Below, piece by piece: positions 1-14,008 of a DNA stretch of 64,000 nucleotides (the stretch's first letter is position 1; each line of letters begins with the position of its first letter). The DNA is taken from the NCBI GenBank assembly GCA_028534125.1, contig CM052817.1, forward strand, positions 58,716,001 through 58,780,000, given 5' to 3'. The position numbers were made by a program, and so were the translations under genes. The notes under the pieces were generated by a model. The model did no database searches, was not told the origin of the DNA, and saw only the letters and a list, made by a program, of their open reading frames with translations. Source of the stretch: Lama glama (taxonomy: Eukaryota).

Positions 1-278
1 TGTGGTTGCTGGCAATTTTTGTGGTTGCCTGGCCTACAGATACACCATTCTTCTCTCTGCCTCTGTCTTTACATGGCTTTCTCTCCTGTGTCCAAATATT
101 CCTTTTATAAGGGCACCAGTCACGTTGTATTTACAACCCGTCTTAATCTAGTAGAACCTTATTTTAACTTGATTACATTTGCAAAGATCTTATTCCCAAA
201 TAACGTCACATTGACAAGTTCCAGACAGACATGAATTATTTGGGGGTGGAGAGATGTGTCACTATTCAACCTATTACA
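1..278 (-). mobile_element. MaLR LTR (MLT1C/D-like), cut by the window start
   Basis: Typical antisense MLT1 text: ttataagggcaccagtca, ttaacttgattacatttgcaaagatcttattcccaaataacgtcacatt, ending actattcaacctattaca. Confidence 0.8.
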
Positions 279-3200
279 GAGACTATAGAAATAATAGATG
301 GTGATAGCTTGTGCACACCTGGTGCATGTCTGTGCTCCATTCCCTTGCTTGTATCTAGGTCATGGGTCAGGGTAGTGGCAGTAGATAGAAAAGAAAGACT
401 GTGAACTCTTAATTAACAGATGTGTTGAATGTAGAGGGGCCAAGCCCAAACAATTGAGGTGATGCTTCTCAGTCACAACTTCTCATTCCTTTCTGTTCAG
501 TTACTAAATGCCCCTAGCTTCTTAAGGATCTAGCTCAAAGACATCTTTCAGACTCCTCTTTGAGGTCTTTTAATATTAGCTCCATCTTACTGAGAAGAGT
601 ATTAAATTAAAAGAAATAGATCAGTCTGTTGAAAGCGCTAAAGAAATCAAATACATATTTGTTTAGTCCACCATTACCGAAACTATGCTGGTATTTATTT
701 ATAGTACAATGTGCCCTTCGAAAAAAATCCAAAAACTGTTAAGAGTATTGTTAGAATTGAAACAGAAAGCATCATTCAGTTCTGGTTGGGAGAAAGAGTC
801 CATATACTTTGCATCTAGAATATTGTGTACTGTTTTGTGGATATAATATCTCCACTAATTTCAGTCTCCAAAGATATAAAAAGTCCCAGTTTACTTTTTT
901 GATCCATCTATTTTTTAAGTGACCTAAACGTTTCTTAAACCTAGGTGTATGTTCAGTTTGTACAATCTCTTATAGTTAATGAGCGCCATAATTTTAAAAT
1001 ATGCTGTGTAATGGTCTGTCCTTATTTCTTAAAAAAAAAAAAAAAAACCGCCTCCAATGCAGTCTGAAGTGATGGCTTGTGGAGGATGTCAAGCAATTCC
1101 TAATGAGTTTAGGTATCATAAGATAGGATGAAAGTAAATACGCGATCCAGATGTTTGTTTTATTGATTTTTTTTGACAGTTCCTCTTTCTGTTTGTCTTT
1201 ATATTTTGACCCATTTTTCAAATGTTTAAACATAAAATAAACCCCTTATCCCTTTGACTTGTTGCAACTTTTTCAAACTTTTCCTGAGATGTGGTGACCA
1301 AGAAAGGACTAGTAATAAGTCAGCTGCTATCATTTGTGAGATTAGGGCCAAGAACATAAAAGGGGACTCACAGAACATAAGTCTAAAGATTTAAGTTATA
1401 AATCAAGCTTAAAAATTACTCAGTAAAATATCTTCTAGCCTCCTGTCTTGATAAATATACTTTTCTAATGACTTGGAAATCAGTGTTCAAATTACAGATT
1501 TTTTTTGGACTCCATAGAGTTGTGTGCCAGAACCTGACCATGGGAGAGAGCCAGCCCTGGCTCCGGCCTAACCTGGCCCTTGAACACCCTGTGTTCTGCC
1601 CCTTAGAGCCTGGTGAGCATGTGTGTGATCAACCCAGCTGTCCCATAGCCATTCCTTGGACAACTCTCAGGAGGGATGACCTGAGTCATGTCCTAAGCCA
1701 GGCTGTGAGTTCCAGGGTTCTGCAGTATGGTTGGAAGGGGAACAGGGCTTTACGGGGGCACTTTCCTAATCTCTAATCCCTGCAGAATCCCCTCCCCTTG
1801 GGCAGAGATAGGGTGGGAGGAAGGTCAGCGTAGGTCCTCTTATACAAACAGCTCTCATCTAAGTTGAAGGAAAAAACTGATTAGTGCAGCTATTAAGTGT
1901 ACAGCAAATACTAACATTTTTTATTTAATTCTAATCTCTGTTGTTAAAAGTGGGTGGTGAGTGTATAGGGATCCTTTCTCTTAACTCTGCCTATGTTTTG
2001 TTGTATGTTAGCAATTTTCCGTAACAAAAACTGAGAAAGCTTTAATACATTTTAATATCTGTTGGCAGTTCCAGGAAATTTGACTATCTATGTGGGAGGT
2101 TTGATTTGCTTTGTCACTGTTGTGCTTGTTTAGAATTCCACTAATGTCTTTAGTGATATGCCCTCATTAATGGTGGGTGAAATAATCAATGTGCTCTATA
2201 ATACTGCCTTTCATTCCCAAGCTTATCCTTGGACTTAGCATCATTAAGAAATTCTAAGGATTTTCCCTTTATTTTTATTTTTTCTATTTAAATAATCTTA
2301 TTGACATTGAAATTGATTAGAAGGTGATGTTCAAATTCTTTTTAACCCTTCCAATTTCTAGTTTTATCTTGACTCAAAATACTAAACTGATTGTAGTTCA
2401 ATAAAAAAAGAAAAACTGTCAATTTTCTTGTGTTGGCTTACATTGCTCCTCAACTTTAAAAGTTAGCTTTTCTCCTCCTTTAGAGTGTCAATCTTTCAAT
2501 ACTATTTTTCTTTCCATAAACTTAATCTTTATATCCATGACTTAAATCTAAATTTAGGTTATATTACTTTAAGAAATCTTTGTGTTTTCCATATTTTTAA
2601 GACACTTCTTTTTCTAATTCAAATCTACTCTTTGCAAAACTTTTTAGATTTTGGGTAATAACAGTCTCAGGTATGTGTTCATATAGTGGAATTGTAATCA
2701 CTATTACAAATACTTCCTGTATTAGTCTCTGGTAATTTTACTAATGAGTATATTTCCTTTTATACTAGATTCTAAAGCTAACCCACGCAAGTAGGTCTTC
2801 ATGTTCTATTTTATAAAAAATTACCTCCTTTTTATCTTGATTTTCACAAACTTTTGTGTAGGTAATTATAATAATATAAATAGGAGTTATTTATTGGGAT
2901 TATTTGATGTTTCCGTTTCAGCTTGTTTACTGCACTGTATTTTACATGCATAATTTTAACAGTTCTAGAATGATAATAGATATTCATGTCTAAGATAAAA
3001 ATTATGTAGATTAATAAAATGGCAGAGTTGAAAATATTGTTAATAAGGTATCTAATAATAAAGATATATTGTAAAATAAGAATAAATAACCGCCAATATC
3101 CTTTATCTCCTTAGTCACTTGAAGCTTTATTTTAAAAAGCAATTCTACTGGCTTTGTCATCATTTTGGTTTTTTTTTTTTTTTTTAACCACATCTCCTCC

Positions 3201-3824
3201 TCCTCAATCCTTAATTATGTGTGCTTGTATGTGCACATGTGAAAGTGCAAAAATATATCAATTGTACCCATTATATTTTTATGATCAGGCATTTAATAGA
3301 TACATATTTTTGATTAATGAAATTGAAATTAAATTTTTTTAAAGAAATTAGAAACTAGCCTTTTATTTGGACAGCAATATATTATAGAGAGAGACTCTAT
3401 GACTATACAATGCATAAAACACACACAAACATGCACATATCAGAAGTGATTCTAACAGCTTAAGCAGAGTATTTGTTTAGATTACTCTACTTGAACTGCT
3501 ATCATTGCTGAAAGTTTTCATGCCTTTTCAACTTTACTTTTTATTTCAGTTTGTTTTTTTTACATCTTTCAATTTTGTCATTTTATTCTTGACTCATGCT
3601 CCAAAGTGCATTGTTGATTATATTTAGAGTAATGGATATTATGTAGAATTGTAGCTTTTACTGGAAATAAACCAATAAATCCTAAGCATTCTTAAATTGT
3701 TCTCACAGTAAAGCAGAAGGACTTAGTAGAGTCGGCAAAAGAATATAGGCAGGATGAACATCAAGAAGAGTTTTGTTGTTATACTAGCTGTACAGCAACT
3801 GTGCTTTTGGTATGTTTCCTTGCA

Positions 3825-3957
3825 TATGTAATATAGTAGTTCAGTTATACATATACGTGCATATATTCATTTTCATACTTTTTCATTATAGGTAACTAGA
3901 AGATACTGAATATAGTTCCCTGTACTATACAGTGTAAACTTATGTATCTATTTTATA
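3825..3957 (-). mobile_element. L1 3'UTR fragment
   Basis: Contains tgaatatagttccctgtactatacagt, shared with the 3' ends of the longer L1 copies in this window. Confidence 0.7.
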
Positions 3958-3989
3958 ACAGTTTTTTTAACTTACTTGTTTCACTTAAT

Positions 3990-4150
3990 AGTTTGTGTGA
4001 CCTTTAGCAAATGATTTCAACTTACTAAGTATGAGTTTCCTATTCTTTTGAAAAGGGACGGTAACATTGTATGTCCTTGAGAAGATTCATATATATTACT
4101 TGATACAGTACCTGGCATATAACCACATTCTTTGACAGCATTTATTATTG
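3990..4150 (+). mobile_element. MIR remnant
   Basis: Decayed MIR core tgtgtgacctttagcaaatgatttcaactt...gagtttcct, then cagtacctggcatata. Confidence 0.6.
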
Positions 4151-7100
4151 TTGGTAATCATTGTAATAGTAAAAATTAAAGTAGAAGGAATGTGAATCTT
4201 AGAACTACTCTTAGTAAGTTTGTAAATTATGTATGTTTTCTTTAGTTGATATGCATTTACTTATGTTAGCTACCTTTTCTGATACAGATGTTGTATTATT
4301 CCTCATATCAAATGAAAGTATTTGGAAATTTGGAGAGAAAGCCATTACATATTTTTATTCATATAGCAATATTGTGTAAAATTCAAAACCTTCACATATT
4401 TAAGAGTCAATTTAGTCAGCAGTGTAAAATGACAGCAAATATAAAGAAATTTCTCTTCATTCCATTTTGGTTACATTTTCCACAGAATATGCTAGTCATT
4501 TTGCTTTTTGTTAATTCTAAGCACTCATATGTTTTATTAATCTTAAGTAAGAAAGACAAAAGTGTATTAATATTGTCATTGCTTGGAAAGGAAAACTTAA
4601 AGACAGATATTTTGTCTGAGGTGTAGATTTATTTATAAAATTTATCTGCCAAAATTTGAGCTATTTCAGTACTCCTCTATCCCTCAGAGAGGTTAAAAGA
4701 AGGCATTGCAGTGTTTGCTAACACAAGAAAATACTGAAAGAGCCAGGTTAAATGGCATGTATGTGTAAATTAATCAATGGTCAAGAAAAAAAAGATCATT
4801 GTATTTCAGTTGTTTCTCTTCTCCATGTTGCTTCCTTCTAAATCTGTTTTTTATATAAGGTGAAAGGAAATATTTGACTAGTTCTATTATAATTTAGTTA
4901 AAACATTCTTATGGCCTTTAAAAACAAATTTCAAAATTAAGAGAATACTAAAATCCTTTGACATAAAATTCTGTCCTTTCTGGCATAGACTTGATTTACC
5001 ACTCTTGACTGATTTCTCACTAATGTCCCTGTTACTGGCTCTCCTTAGGCAAGTCTGAACTAGTAGCTGCCTATACATATCTTTGTCAGGGTCTCTCTGA
5101 CTTCTAGGTGTTTCTAAATATCATTGCCTGAGAAAGGACCCATATCTCTTCCGCTCCAAGTTGGCTAACAATAATTCTTCCTGGTCTTAGCTGGGATGTC
5201 AGTAGCTTCTGCATTTCAGTTGTTTAACTCTATTTGTTTCCTCTCTAACACACGCACACATAAGACATCTGCAGCTTCTCTGTAGTATCTTTACCTTATA
5301 TATTGACTATTAACTGTTTTTGATTTTTCGGTCTTTGACACTGGAAGTCTCTTTATAGAAGGAGCTGTATGTTTTCTTTTTCTTCATATCTCCTGAACCT
5401 TGAAAAATACCCCAAATATGCATTTAATAAAAATTATAGATGAATTTATGCAAATAATTTGTATCAGAAAGGTGAAATATCTATTTCTCTATATTGAAAT
5501 AAATCAATTTTAGTAAAAAATGTTTATATAAAATCAGTGTAGAAATGAAAATATGTGATCCTTTGTTTCTATCCCGTATTATTCATTTGTATATATACAT
5601 AAAATTAGTATATATTTCTTACATAAGAAATAAAAATTATCTCTAATTCCACTGTCTAGTAATAGCTACTTTTATGATTTATTTTCTGTTTGATTATAAT
5701 ACTTCTGTTATGTTAAATTTTTATCAATCCATTAATACCCTCTATCTTGCAAAAATTCGAGACCCATTAAGACTTATTTCACAACAATTATACAGTCTTT
5801 ATTTAATCTTCTAAGTGTATGTTGTAGAATCTGTAATGGATATTCATATATTTTCTTCCTACTAAATAAACTAAATTTACACTAAATTTTTAAATTATTT
5901 TTTGTTTTAGTTTTTATTAATTGAAGTATAGTTGATTTATTATAAATTATTTGCTTCTTAGCTTTTACATCTGAGTCTATTGGAAACATTCTCCATATTT
6001 GAATATGGCATACAAATGCAAATGTAATAAATTCACATATGACGTATTTGTCGCGGAAATGCCTGCAAAGGGTGTGGCAATGATTTTCATTAGGAATGTC
6101 TTTGCTTTTCTTTTTTATTTCTGAAGATAACTATTCTTGATCTAGGATTTGTTTGTTTTGCTTTGTTTATTAGGCTGTTGGTTAATGAAGCTTTCTGAGT
6201 TTTTCATTTATCTTGATTTGAATTTCCTTTGTAAAACTCAGACCAGTGGACCAGAGTTTATCAATCCTTTTCAACTCCTACCTTTAGGGTGGAAGCCCTT
6301 GAAATGAAAATATGAGGGAGCATAATGGAAGATTTGCTGTTCATTCTTCCTTGCTCTGTGCATTGGTGTGTAGGCTCTGATTCATATATAAATGTTTGTT
6401 TACCTACAGATTTACAACTTATTTTTCCAGTACTTACTCTAGCCTATTTTGAAATAAACTTTTCTAAACAACCATTCAGCGTTAGCAAATGTTATTGATT
6501 CTTTTACCTATTACTACTTCTCTGCTCTTTCCCATCCCAGTAGAAGTCGAAAACACAACTTGTTACTTCTCATTTTACATTTATTTTGGAAAATGTGGCC
6601 CTTTTTCACTAAGCCTTTCCCAACAACTAAAATCTTAGCTTTTCACATGACATCTTCTTGAGTTATCTACTCTCCCCTTCATTTTTGTCTGAACAGCAGC
6701 ACTAGAAGTTTTATAATGGGGAAGTTGTTAGGTTGAGACATGAATAGTCTATGAAGTATTTCTCTGACATATTTCATTGTCAAATTATGTTTACCTAAGT
6801 TATGCATGTACTTTGTTAAACAGCTTTAATTTGCAAATCTCAAGAAGAATTTAAGGGCAAGAGGGCGAATGGGGAAGGGGGAGGAAGATGAGAGGAGGGT
6901 GGAGAGAGAAACACAAGTTTTGTATAATTGGAGTTCTTATGAGGAGGTTTGTGGTGAGCGCTGTCCCTTCCTGGAAAGAGATGAATTAAATCATAGTTTT
7001 TTGTTATTAAAATATTATACAACTATTTTGAGCACCCAAAGTCAAGAAAACAAAACAAATTGTCCTTTAAAGCAAGTTAAGGCAAAAACAGAATCCGGTG

Positions 7101-7896
7101 GAGTCATGTGAACTTACTTGGGAATAAGTTATTCAAACTTTGTCAGTTGTATTGTTCTCATTGAAAATGGAAGATAATAGTAGTAAAAATCCCCAAATAT
7201 AATGTGATAATATGAGCACAGCACTTCCAGCTGTGCCAGGCACATGTTATAATAGCTCTGCTCAACATACCTTCTATTTAAGTGAAACATTAGTAAATGA
7301 GAGGCCCCCTAGCCAGAAGCCCAGTCACATTAGTAGACCAGAAATTGTACATTTGCATTTGAGATATGAAATCCCAAACTTCCTTCATGCATTATTTCCC
7401 TTACCTATTTATAAACAGGATTGGATTAGTGTCAAATCCTTAAAGGACAGATTCCTGAATGTGTAGATTCCAGAAGAGAACTAAGAAGCAAAAAAAAAAA
7501 AAAAATCAATAAAAATAATAACATAAAAACAAACTAAATGGAATCCACTGGATGGTATTATTTATTGAAAATGTTTTGGATATTAAATGTAAATGCTCTG
7601 AAAACCAGACCAGTAAAATCCTATCAAATTAATTGAAAATAAAACAGCTTAACAAGAAATAATAGCATAAGCATTTGGTCTTGGATTTAAGCACATCATG
7701 TCTGTAGCATTCAGCAGTGGTTCGGACTCAGTGGTTCCTGGACTGAAAAAAAAAAAATGCCAAAGATGGAGTTGTTATGACCTGAAAATTAAAGTTCTGA
7801 ATATTTAAGCTGGTAGGCAAAGTGCACACACAGAGAATCAGGAATTGTACAGTAATCAGATTTTAATAAGTGGGGAATATTCGTGGAAAAGCACAC

Positions 7897-7945
7897 GACT
7901 CACCAACAATGTGTTTTTGGTTTTGCTTTTTTTCTTTTTTTGCAG
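7897..7945 (+). other. 3' splice region of the CCSER1 exon: candidate branch point, AG-free zone, polypyrimidine tract
   Basis: GACTCAC at 7897-7903 fits YTNAY with the branch A at 7902. There is no AG between it and the acceptor AG, and a T-rich tract spans about 7913-7941. Confidence 0.6.
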
Positions 7946-8023
7946 GAAAGAGTCCGGCATTTACAGAAGGCTTTTACTTCAAAAGTAGATAAATCCACAC
8001 AAACTGAACTTCTAGGCTATGAT
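7946..8023 (+). CDS. CCSER1: Internal coding exon (78 nt, phase 0/0) of coiled-coil serine-rich protein 1 (CCSER1/FAM190A); probably orthologous to the 78-nt exon near the 3' end of the human gene
   Basis: A long polypyrimidine tract ends in TGCAG (AG at 7944-7945) and the donor is GAT|GTGAGT (8024-8029). The 26 codons read ERVRHLQKAFTSKVDKSTQTELLGYD, close to the human CCSER1 segment I recall as ERVRHLQKAFASRVDKSTQTELLCYD. Identity is from recall, not a search. Confidence 0.9.
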
Positions 8024-10392
8024 GTGAGTAGCTATATAAAACCATTTTTATCTTTTTTTATTGGTATTCAGCCCTCCACAGCTTATTTACCTCTGCTGCT
8101 GCTGTGTCTATGCATTGATTTAATAGGATTTAATGGTGCACCATTCATCTTTTGCTCTTAAATAATCCCCAAATACCTTCTGGGGCTGAAAAAGATAATT
8201 ACAGGCACACACTAGCATACCAATGTCTTACTAATTTTTTTAAACCAACATCTCTAATACAGTCTTCTGAATTAGTGAATTTGCAGACATGTGGAAGAGA
8301 CCTGTTCACATACTAGCACAATTTATTTTTAAGAAAGTACTAATTTATTTATTACCAATTTAATAAAGTTAGGTTTGCAGTCACCAAGGGCCAAGCACAT
8401 CCTTTTAAATTCTGGCGCATAAAAGAAAACAGCTTTGTAGAGAAATTTACAAGACTATTTTAGCTCTTGGTCTTCAATCGGGCTGCAGAACTAATTTAAT
8501 TGAAAGTTTGCATTTTTTCATAGTGTGAAATACTTGTTGAACTGTCAAAATAGGATTGTAAATTTAATACGAGATTGCTTCTAGTAACGCTAAATGATTT
8601 TGGGCAACTTTGATTCAAATACCTATCTTCCCTTAAACAAAGTTATGAAATTTTCACTTTACCTAAGTTCATGACTTTAAATTTCCTTTTGATGAAAACC
8701 TAAAGGAATTACCTTCTTTGTCTTGGATCTAACATTTGTGAGAACTCTTTTTTAAAAAACATTATTTTTAGCACTTCATTGACAAGTATTAGTAGAATAA
8801 AGATAATTTGAAGTGTTACAAAGGGATATAATGATAAAATGTAAGTTTATCTGCCTGTCATTATAACATAAATATGGATATTACTTTTCTGCTGCCTTAC
8901 AAAGTATATTAGTATATTTAATATAAAGCTATGTGTCTCTATTAGGAAATAAGCCAAAGTTTTGAATTCCAGCAAAAATTTTCAGATATTTATGTGCATT
9001 AATTTAAAAACATTAAAAGCTATGCTTTTCTTTTGAATTACTCTCTTACTTTGATTTAATATGTTTATTCTAGATAGTTAAATTTTCTAGATATCAATAT
9101 TGTGACCTCAGTGGTTCCTAAATGCCAGTGTTGTATATTATTTAGGTGATGTTAGTTGCATAGTTTTAAAAAGAAATGATTTTTATTAAGTTCACAGATT
9201 TACCACAATAACTCAATTATTTATCTCTTTTGGAGATTTCTTTCTGTTTAAATTTTTTTTTCAATTTATATTATTTGCATTTAAGTCCCTAGGATATAAA
9301 ACCAGTGTGTATTTTACAATTAATAACTCAGGTATTTTTAAATCTGCAAGCCAGAGAGTTATCCAATAAGAACAATAAACCCATAGTTCCCATTAAATGT
9401 TATTTCATCATGAATTCATACAACACAGGAACTGTTTACACTTAGAATCCACCTACTTCAGTGCCCTCAATTTTCAAACAAGCTGAGTTCCAGAAAAGTG
9501 AAATCACTTGTTTGCTACCACACATTCTTTGTGCAAGTCTGGTCTTTTTTTTTTTTTTTTTTAAGTAGTTTATTCTTACAGCAAGGCAAAAGGAACATAC
9601 TTATGCATTTGGATTCAATTATTCCATTGTACTCAATTTAAGAAAATGATGTTTGGGAGATTAAATTCTAAATTTCTGAATGACTGAATATAAAATAAAA
9701 TGTAAGGGATCTAGAACACTGTTCATGACAACTAGTGAGAAATAGTGGCTAAAAATGAATGGTACCTGTGGGAAGACACTAAGCTATAGCTACTAGCAAA
9801 TTCTGTGCATTTGCCTGTCTATGCTCCTAACTTCTCTTGTTTTCACAAAATTTCTTGTATCAGTGCTGTTTAGTTCTCCAACCATGTAAATGAAAATTAA
9901 AAATAAAAGCCATGATCATAGTTGATTCTTCATTATTCCTAGCTTCTTTTCATATCTGACAATGAGAGCTCAATGTATTTTACTGGATAAAACTAAGGTT
10001 AAAGAATAATAGTTTGGGGGTAGTGAGTTCTTAAAAGATCCCCTTGTACAAGTGTCTCTTACAATTTGGGTAGTTGTTAACATAATCTAAAGATTTCATA
10101 TTTTGTACTTCCTGGTGATGTGTATTCCAGGACATAATCATCAGCATCAGCAAATTGATTACCAAATATATGCATATAGAACCTTATGCCAGTAACTAGA
10201 TGTAATTGTCCTAATAGACTTTAGGGCAATTTATATGAAGGAAACTGGGGAAGGAAATATTTTAAATAAATCAATTAGATATAAGGAAAGCATTTTAAAT
10301 GTGATGAATTTTATGACTGTTTGGAATATTATTCATCAGTAGTGTAACTTTTTTCATGACTGAAATTTATTTTCTGTACTTTAAAGTATAGG

Positions 10393-10593
10393 CATTGCTG
10401 GAATGTCTCCAGGTCTTTAATACAGCTCTGACTACATAGAATTGGTATTAGTTAACAGATAATCTTTTTATAAAGTGAATTTGTGGTTGAAATCCTTATT
10501 GGGGAAAATAGCAGGCTAGGTGTTAACTATGAGAACTCTTACAATTGTAAAAATACTCATTGAAACAAAAGAACACATCCACAAATATTTATA
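10393..10593 (+). repeat. Local direct duplication, copy 1 (copy 2 at 14009-14208)
   Basis: Aligns by eye over ~200 bp with 14009-14208; 10398-10456 matches 14014-14072 at 58/59. Confidence 0.9.
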
Positions 10594-12869
10594 TTTTCCG
10601 TGATTTGTCACATTTTATATGCAGTAGGAATCACTTGTTATCCTTTGACTTACAACATTTTGTTCACATTTTCTCAGGAAAGTGTAGTCTGACATTTTAA
10701 TTTTTCACAAATATATATACCCACATATATCTATACTATATTTACTGATAATTTTCAATAGTATTTGTCAGATAAAATACTAAAAAGTCTTATAGGAATT
10801 TTGTGCATTATAGATGATTTTTGTACTCCTCTTTTCTTACTAAAGCTACCAATATTAGCCACAAATTGTTCTTTTTGGACCATTATGGACGACGTTTCAA
10901 TGATATGAATGTCAGAATATAAGAGACTACAAGTATCCATTAATATAATATCCTTGGGAAGGCAGCTGTTGCTACATATTTTGCTTAAGATAGGAAATAG
11001 AATCCCCAGAAGATATTAATTATTATGAAAGCTATTAAGAGAAATTTCCAAAAATCCACTACAGTGAGTAAGTTCAAAGATTTGTACAGTAAACAGCTTC
11101 TAGCCTGCAACAGATTTATCAGGAGACTTGAAACTAATGTTAGAGTACAATGTGCTCTGATTTCTAATGCACAGGGCAAGAATTACTTAAAAATAAATTC
11201 AGAGTGTCTTAGCAAGAGCCTATAAACACAATAATTCTAGTGATGAAGGAGATTGTTAAATGATGAATGTGTCTTAAATAATCAATGCCAATTTAACCTC
11301 TTTCACCCTCCTCTGTCTGCACAGGCTTAGTTTATTGAAAGATCAAAGAATAATTTCTTAGGTGTCACTTGTGTTATTAAAACAGGATAGAGGATGAATA
11401 GATGCAGTCAGGTAGCAATCTTGCCGATTATAAGATTACATTAAGACGTAGGCAAGATTCTTCTGATTACATCAACTATATGAATAGATACTTCAACAAA
11501 GCACATATACTGCCTGTAAACATTTTATAGTTTGAACTACTGCAAATAATATTTTGGTTTAAATAATTGAGAATGAATAATCAAAATGCTACAGTGAAGA
11601 TTTTATATTCTGACGCTGAGAAAAATCAGGAACTTTTATTAACTTAACATCTTTATGGACTTTTTTTTTAAACTTCCTTTTGCTGTTCTGCAGAAGATTG
11701 TCTATTTAAATGTGGCTGATTGACTTTAAGTGTAAATTTTTCTTTCCATGAGTGCCTGAACTTGACTCAGAACAGTCACAGGGTCTCTAGATTGCTCTTT
11801 GAGACAAAAGCACTGAAGTTTTAATAAGTTCTTTCTTTTATTAGCATATATTTTACACTTATATTTAAAAAGAAATGTTTGTTAGCATCGAACTGGGAAT
11901 GTTTTGTCTTTATTTTCTTTGAGTTTTAAAGTTACCAGGTGTTTCATCAAGTATTAATAACTTAGTCTAAATATCATGAATGGTTTTCATTTGGCTATTG
12001 AAAATTGACTAAATTGTGACGTCACACACATTTTGTCTCAATCATGTATGAGTGAAGCATGAATCAGATTGGAAATGTATGCTCACACCACCGTCTAGTT
12101 TTCAAATACTTTAACACATTTTCCAAATGGTGGGAATTGCTTTATAAATGCAGAGTTCTCCTTAACTAGTTACATTATGAATACACATTTTGAAAGACTC
12201 AGTGCAATTATCTGTGTATTCTCAATCTATGCTACTTCTCTTAGATTTAATTTTGGAGCCCTCCTTGGAATAGTTAGTGTAGTGTGCAGGGAATTCTAAC
12301 AAATATGAAAATAGTTCATGTAAGGAATAAGAATGATTAGTTTTTACTATAATTGTTTTATTAGCTATTAGAGCAGGAGAATATTGTATTATATTAATAT
12401 GTTATGTCAGCTTATGGATTAACCCCAATTCTAAAAATTGAATAACTATCAATTAGGCTCTCTCATCTAGCTGCTAATAAACTGCAGTTTGTTCAATCTA
12501 TTTTAGATCCATTTGTTGCTATCATCTTTCTTAAATTCAGCACTTTTGATCATGCATCAGTGTGCTCCAGCATTTAGTAGATGAGTATCTCCCCTCATTG
12601 TGTTTCATTTAGCTATATTTACTTACCTCAGATACTTTTTTTTCCCACAAATTTTAAAATATCAGATTTAAAAACTGAATGATATATTCCAGGTTTTCTT
12701 TTGAACTACAATTTTCCATATTGCATTAAGGATAACTTTCAGACAGGAACATAGATTAAAAATACATGATCATCTGCCACAGGTGCTGTTTATATTTAAT
12801 GCAGGAATAACAGTTTATCTAGTGGTAATGTTCTAAGGGCATCACTTTTGAAAATCCATACATATGTTC

Positions 12870-13175
12870 CTTGAACAGATGTTGCTAAGTGCCCCCTGGA
12901 AGCCAAGCCCTCTTCTAGGTACTTGAGATACACCCTTTAACCAAACCACAAATATTCCCTAGTGGAGCTTGAGTTTTTATTATTATACTCAAAGAATACA
13001 TGTAAGTAAAGTGCATGGTATGTTAGAAGCTGATAAGTGCAATGTGAAAAAGAACAATGGCACAGGGAAAAGATAATTGTGAATGTAGGTGTGGGGTCAA
13101 GGCTATGATCAGAAATTTTAAATACAGTGATCTGGGCAGATCTGAGGGTGAGATGTGAGACTGGAAGGAGGTGAG
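12870..13175 (+). mobile_element. L2 3' remnant
   Basis: Decayed L2 motifs: aacagatgttgctaagtgccc, ttctaggtacttgagataca, gtggagctt, gctgataagtgcaatg. Confidence 0.55.
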
Positions 13176-14008
13176 GTGAACACCCCTTTAGTCAGAAATC
13201 CTTTTGTGATATGCTCCTTGAAAAACCCCTTGAGGGCCCTAGTCAGAACAAATTGATGTATCTTGGCTGCAGCCCTTGGTTGGCTTCATTTAGAGGCTCT
13301 GCAATATGATAAAAAGGGGAAAAAAAAGTACATTCTGGACCATTAAACCCTAGAATCAGACCAGTGATTCAAGAGACTCACGCTAGGGGAAAGCAGACCA
13401 CTGAGAGAACAGCTTGCTTAGCCTCTGAGGTCATGTTCACTTTGCACTGGCATTGAGAAGAAAGCTCAGTCTAATTAACTACACTATGTAAATTACATGT
13501 ACTTTTCTTCTTCCTTTTTTGACATGCAGTCTCTCCACCCTCTTCTCTCTCTGTGTGTGTACCACTCTTCTTCCAGCCCAGGCAGAGTGGAATTTAGACT
13601 TAATTATATATCAGCACATCCCATTTATTAGAGGTGTACCACTAAAAGTAAACAATTAGAGAAAGCACTCAATAATTACTTGGTGAAAATAAAATGAATA
13701 GAATAACTAAGACTCTAATATTTTTATAATTCTAAAAATCTAACAAATCAGTAAGTGTTGTTTTACTTTTTTCACAAAATTATACAGAAGTGTATGTTGC
13801 TATCCTCCAGATTTATTCTATATTGCTTTATTACATCTAGCAGATATTTTGCAATGACTATTCTGTGCCTTATAGAATATATGTTAAATGCAAATCAGCA
13901 TAGACAACCAGTGATTTTAAAACATGAGTGACAATGTGCAGTTGCCCTTCACAGTATTGCTTTGAATGATTCTTTTAAAAATCCTGCATCTTTATCTAGG
14001 AGCTAGAT

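Noticed and set aside
7883..8161. 92-aa ORF as a standalone gene
   Set aside because: Only 7946-8023 is bounded by splice sites; the rest is translated polypyrimidine tract and intron.
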